Part shown: piece after piece, positions 62,342 to 64,000 of the stretch
How the letters are laid out: each line of letters starts with the position of its first letter
Position numbering within the stretch: the stretch's first letter is position 1
Origin: Candidatus Woesearchaeota archaeon
Lineage (GTDB): Archaea > Nanobdellota > Nanobdellia > Pacearchaeales > GW2011-AR1
Assembly (NCBI GenBank): GCA_964408235.1
Contig: CAYOYN010000003.1
Span: 20,295 to 84,294 of the forward strand
Direction of reading: 5' to 3'
DNA length: 64,000 nt
The notes under the pieces: generated by a model
What the model was told of the DNA's origin: nothing
Database searches by the model: none
What the model saw: only the letters and a program-made list of their open reading frames with translations
Position numbers and translations under genes: made by a program

Positions 62342-63502
62342 ATGATTATTAAAGAGGTCAAGGCTAGAATAATAGAAGATTCTCGCGGAGATAAAACTAT
62401 TTCAATTTCTATAAATAAATGCGAAGAAGCTTCATCTCCAAATGGAAAGTCTAGAGGGGAATATGAAACTCCTCAATATTACAAATCTATTGGTTTTTGT
62501 GTAGATTTTTTGAATGAGTGGAATGATTTGGTAGACATTGAAAGATTTGAGGATTTAGAGATTATAGAAAAGATAATTTGTAAAAAATTGAAACTAAAAC
62601 ATGCAAGATTTTTTGGAGGAAATGCACTTTATGCTTTTGAGTCTGCAATACTAAAGGCTTTGGCACACTCTAAGAAAAAAGAATTGTATGAATTAGTAGG
62701 AAGTAGTAGAAAAATGCCTAATCCTGTCGGTAACGTAATTGGAGGAGGATTACATAGTTCTTCAAGCAATAAACATCCAAATTTCCAAGAATTTCTTGTG
62801 ATTCCTAAGGGAAAATCAATTTCTAAAAATGTCAAAGCTATGAATTATTTTTACGCTCTTGCTAGAAAGAAATTGAAAACTAAAAAAGTCAATGATGAGG
62901 GAGCTTTACTTGCTACAAATAACGATAAGGAAGTTTTTGACATAATGAATGAAATTAAATTAAAAACTAAAAAGAAGTTTGGTTTTAACATTGAAATTGG
63001 AATAGATGCTGCGACTTCAACATTGTTTAAACAAGGAGAATATAATTACTCCGAAAGAAAGATTGATTCAAAATGGCAGGAAAAATTTGTGAAGGAGTTA
63101 ATTGAATATTATTCATTATTTTATGTTGAAGATCCTTTTCATGAAAGAGACTTTGCTGGTTTCGCTAGATTAAATAAAAACTCTAAATCTTTAATCGTTG
63201 GGGATGATTTGACAGCTACGCAAATGAATAGAACTGTTGGGGCAATTAGGACTAAGTCAATTTCTGGAATGATAATAAAACCTAACCAAAATGGCTCATT
63301 AATTGAACTGAAAAAAATATTTAATTTATGTAAGAAATATGGAATTAAGACGGTTTTATCCCATAGATCTGGAGAGACTATGGATGATGCATTAAGTGAT
63401 TATGCTGTTGGTTTTGGAGCAGATTATATCAAATGCGGAGTGCATACAAAATGGCGAGAAGTTAAGTTAGATAGATTGAAAGAGATAGAGAAAAAACTGT
63501 GA
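62342..63502 (+). CDS. eno: Enolase, compact divergent form (386 aa)
   Basis: IEDSRGDKT, NDEGAL, IDAA, VEDPF, VGDDL, IIKPNQNGS, SHRSGET and YIKCG blocks occur in canonical enolase order. ATG 62342 is preceded by a tttaata box about 22 nt upstream. Confidence 0.75.
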   Translation: MIIKEVKARIIEDSRGDKTISISINKCEEASSPNGKSRGEYETPQYYKSIGFCVDFLNEWNDLVDIERFEDLEIIEKIICKKLKLKHARFFGGNALYAFESAILKALAHSKKKELYELVGSSRKMPNPVGNVIGGGLHSSSSNKHPNFQEFLVIPKGKSISKNVKAMNYFYALARKKLKTKKVNDEGALLATNNDKEVFDIMNEIKLKTKKKFGFNIEIGIDAATSTLFKQGEYNYSERKIDSKWQEKFVKELIEYYSLFYVEDPFHERDFAGFARLNKNSKSLIVGDDLTATQMNRTVGAIRTKSISGMIIKPNQNGSLIELKKIFNLCKKYGIKTVLSHRSGETMDDALSDYAVGFGADYIKCGVHTKWREVKLDRLKEIEKKL

Positions 63503-63658
63503 TTTTGTAGTTTACAAAGACTTAGATTAAAGGCCTAATATATTCCGTTCTTGCGAATGGAAGTCTTTAAAAACCCTAGAAATACAACATAATTAACTTA
63601 GCAGGTACGGACTGAAACAAACTCCGAAAAACCCCTGCGCTGGTTATATTAAATTACA

Positions 63659-64000
63659 ATGGCAAAAACAAAGAAAGAAGAATCAATAATATCAAAAGTA
63701 GCTCATGCTGCGGAACATGTTGTAGAAGAGATTGGAGAAGTAACTGAAAAAGTTGTTGAAGGTGTTGCTCATGCAATTACTGGAGATGAAGAAAAGAAAC
63801 CTAAGAAAAAAGCAGCTCATAAGAAATCTGAAAAATCTGAAGAAAAAGTAGATGAAGAAACTACAAAAGCTAAGCCTAAGAAAGAAATGTCTGAGGCTCT
63901 TAAAGCTAAACTTAAGGCTTTGGAAGGAAAATTCAAAGAAATTGAAAAAATTGATATTAAAGAACAAGTTACTGGAGAAAAATCAGAACCAACTAATACT
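63659..64000 (+). CDS. 5' part of a Lys/Glu-rich protein, continues past the window end
   Basis: Open for 114 codons from ATG 63659 to the window end (MAKTKKEESIISKVAHAAEHVVEEIGE...). It is absent from the ORF track because no stop is reached. The listed minus-strand ORF 63692..63967 is its shadow. Confidence 0.5.
   Translation, partial: MAKTKKEESIISKVAHAAEHVVEEIGEVTEKVVEGVAHAITGDEEKKPKKKAAHKKSEKSEEKVDEETTKAKPKKEMSEALKAKLKALEGKFKEIEKIDIKEQVTGEKSEPTNT

Noticed and set aside
63601-63638. The hairpin upstream of the last gene as a C/D-box or H/ACA guide sRNA.
   Set aside because: There is no RUGAUGA C box, and the only CUGA is in the loop. The upper stem is only 4 bp, and no ACA follows the lower stem directly. 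It is reported only as a possible structured leader.
63692-63967. Minus-strand 91-aa ORF rich in Phe and Ser.
   Set aside because: It is the reverse-frame shadow of the plus-strand Lys/Glu-rich ORF, which is open from 63659 to the window end. The plus-strand ORF is missing from the track only because no stop is reached.
1-64000. CRISPR arrays, cas genes, transposases, integrases, restriction-modification or toxin-antitoxin modules.
   Set aside because: By eye, no regularly spaced direct repeats and no ORF with the corresponding motifs were found. A computational repeat search was not possible, so short or degenerate arrays cannot be formally excluded.

Overview
This is a dense, low-G+C archaeal chromosome segment. 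Archaeal identity rests on aCPSF1/FttA, proteasome alpha and beta, exosome Rrp4/Rrp41/Rrp42, RpoK, the RNase P protein Pop5, SBDS, archease plus RtcB, a class I CCA-adding enzyme, Mre11-Rad50, an archaeal-type SRP RNA and two intron-containing tRNAs. There is little metabolism, many 4-nt gene overlaps, many small orphan ORFs and several large Cys-rich surface proteins. That fits a small-genome, possibly DPANN-like archaeon, but this is inference only. The main accessory content is: (i) an Epd/Tad-like type IV pilus locus at 11.7-20.2 kb, with seven prepilin-like genes, one secretion ATPase, a platform split into two single-domain genes, a UVR-like mini-ORF, and an antisense ArmA/Rmt/FmrO-like rRNA methyltransferase; (ii) two giant anchored surface proteins at 22.1-27.1 kb, the second translationally coupled to a GTPase/DUF2073-like/Zn-ribbon trio; (iii) a very AT-rich glycosylation block at 47.9-57.7 kb, which together with orphan paralog pairs splits the normally contiguous Pop5-PsmA-SBDS-Rrp4-Rrp41-Rrp42 gene string. 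An 8-nt TTTAAATA-like box ends 22-23 nt before the ATG of most transcription units, so transcripts appear mostly leaderless. The same spacing predicts the 5' ends of the SRP RNA and tRNA-Leu. All homology calls come from motif recognition by eye. No searches, folding or composition statistics were run, and start codons were refined only by promoter spacing and overlaps.
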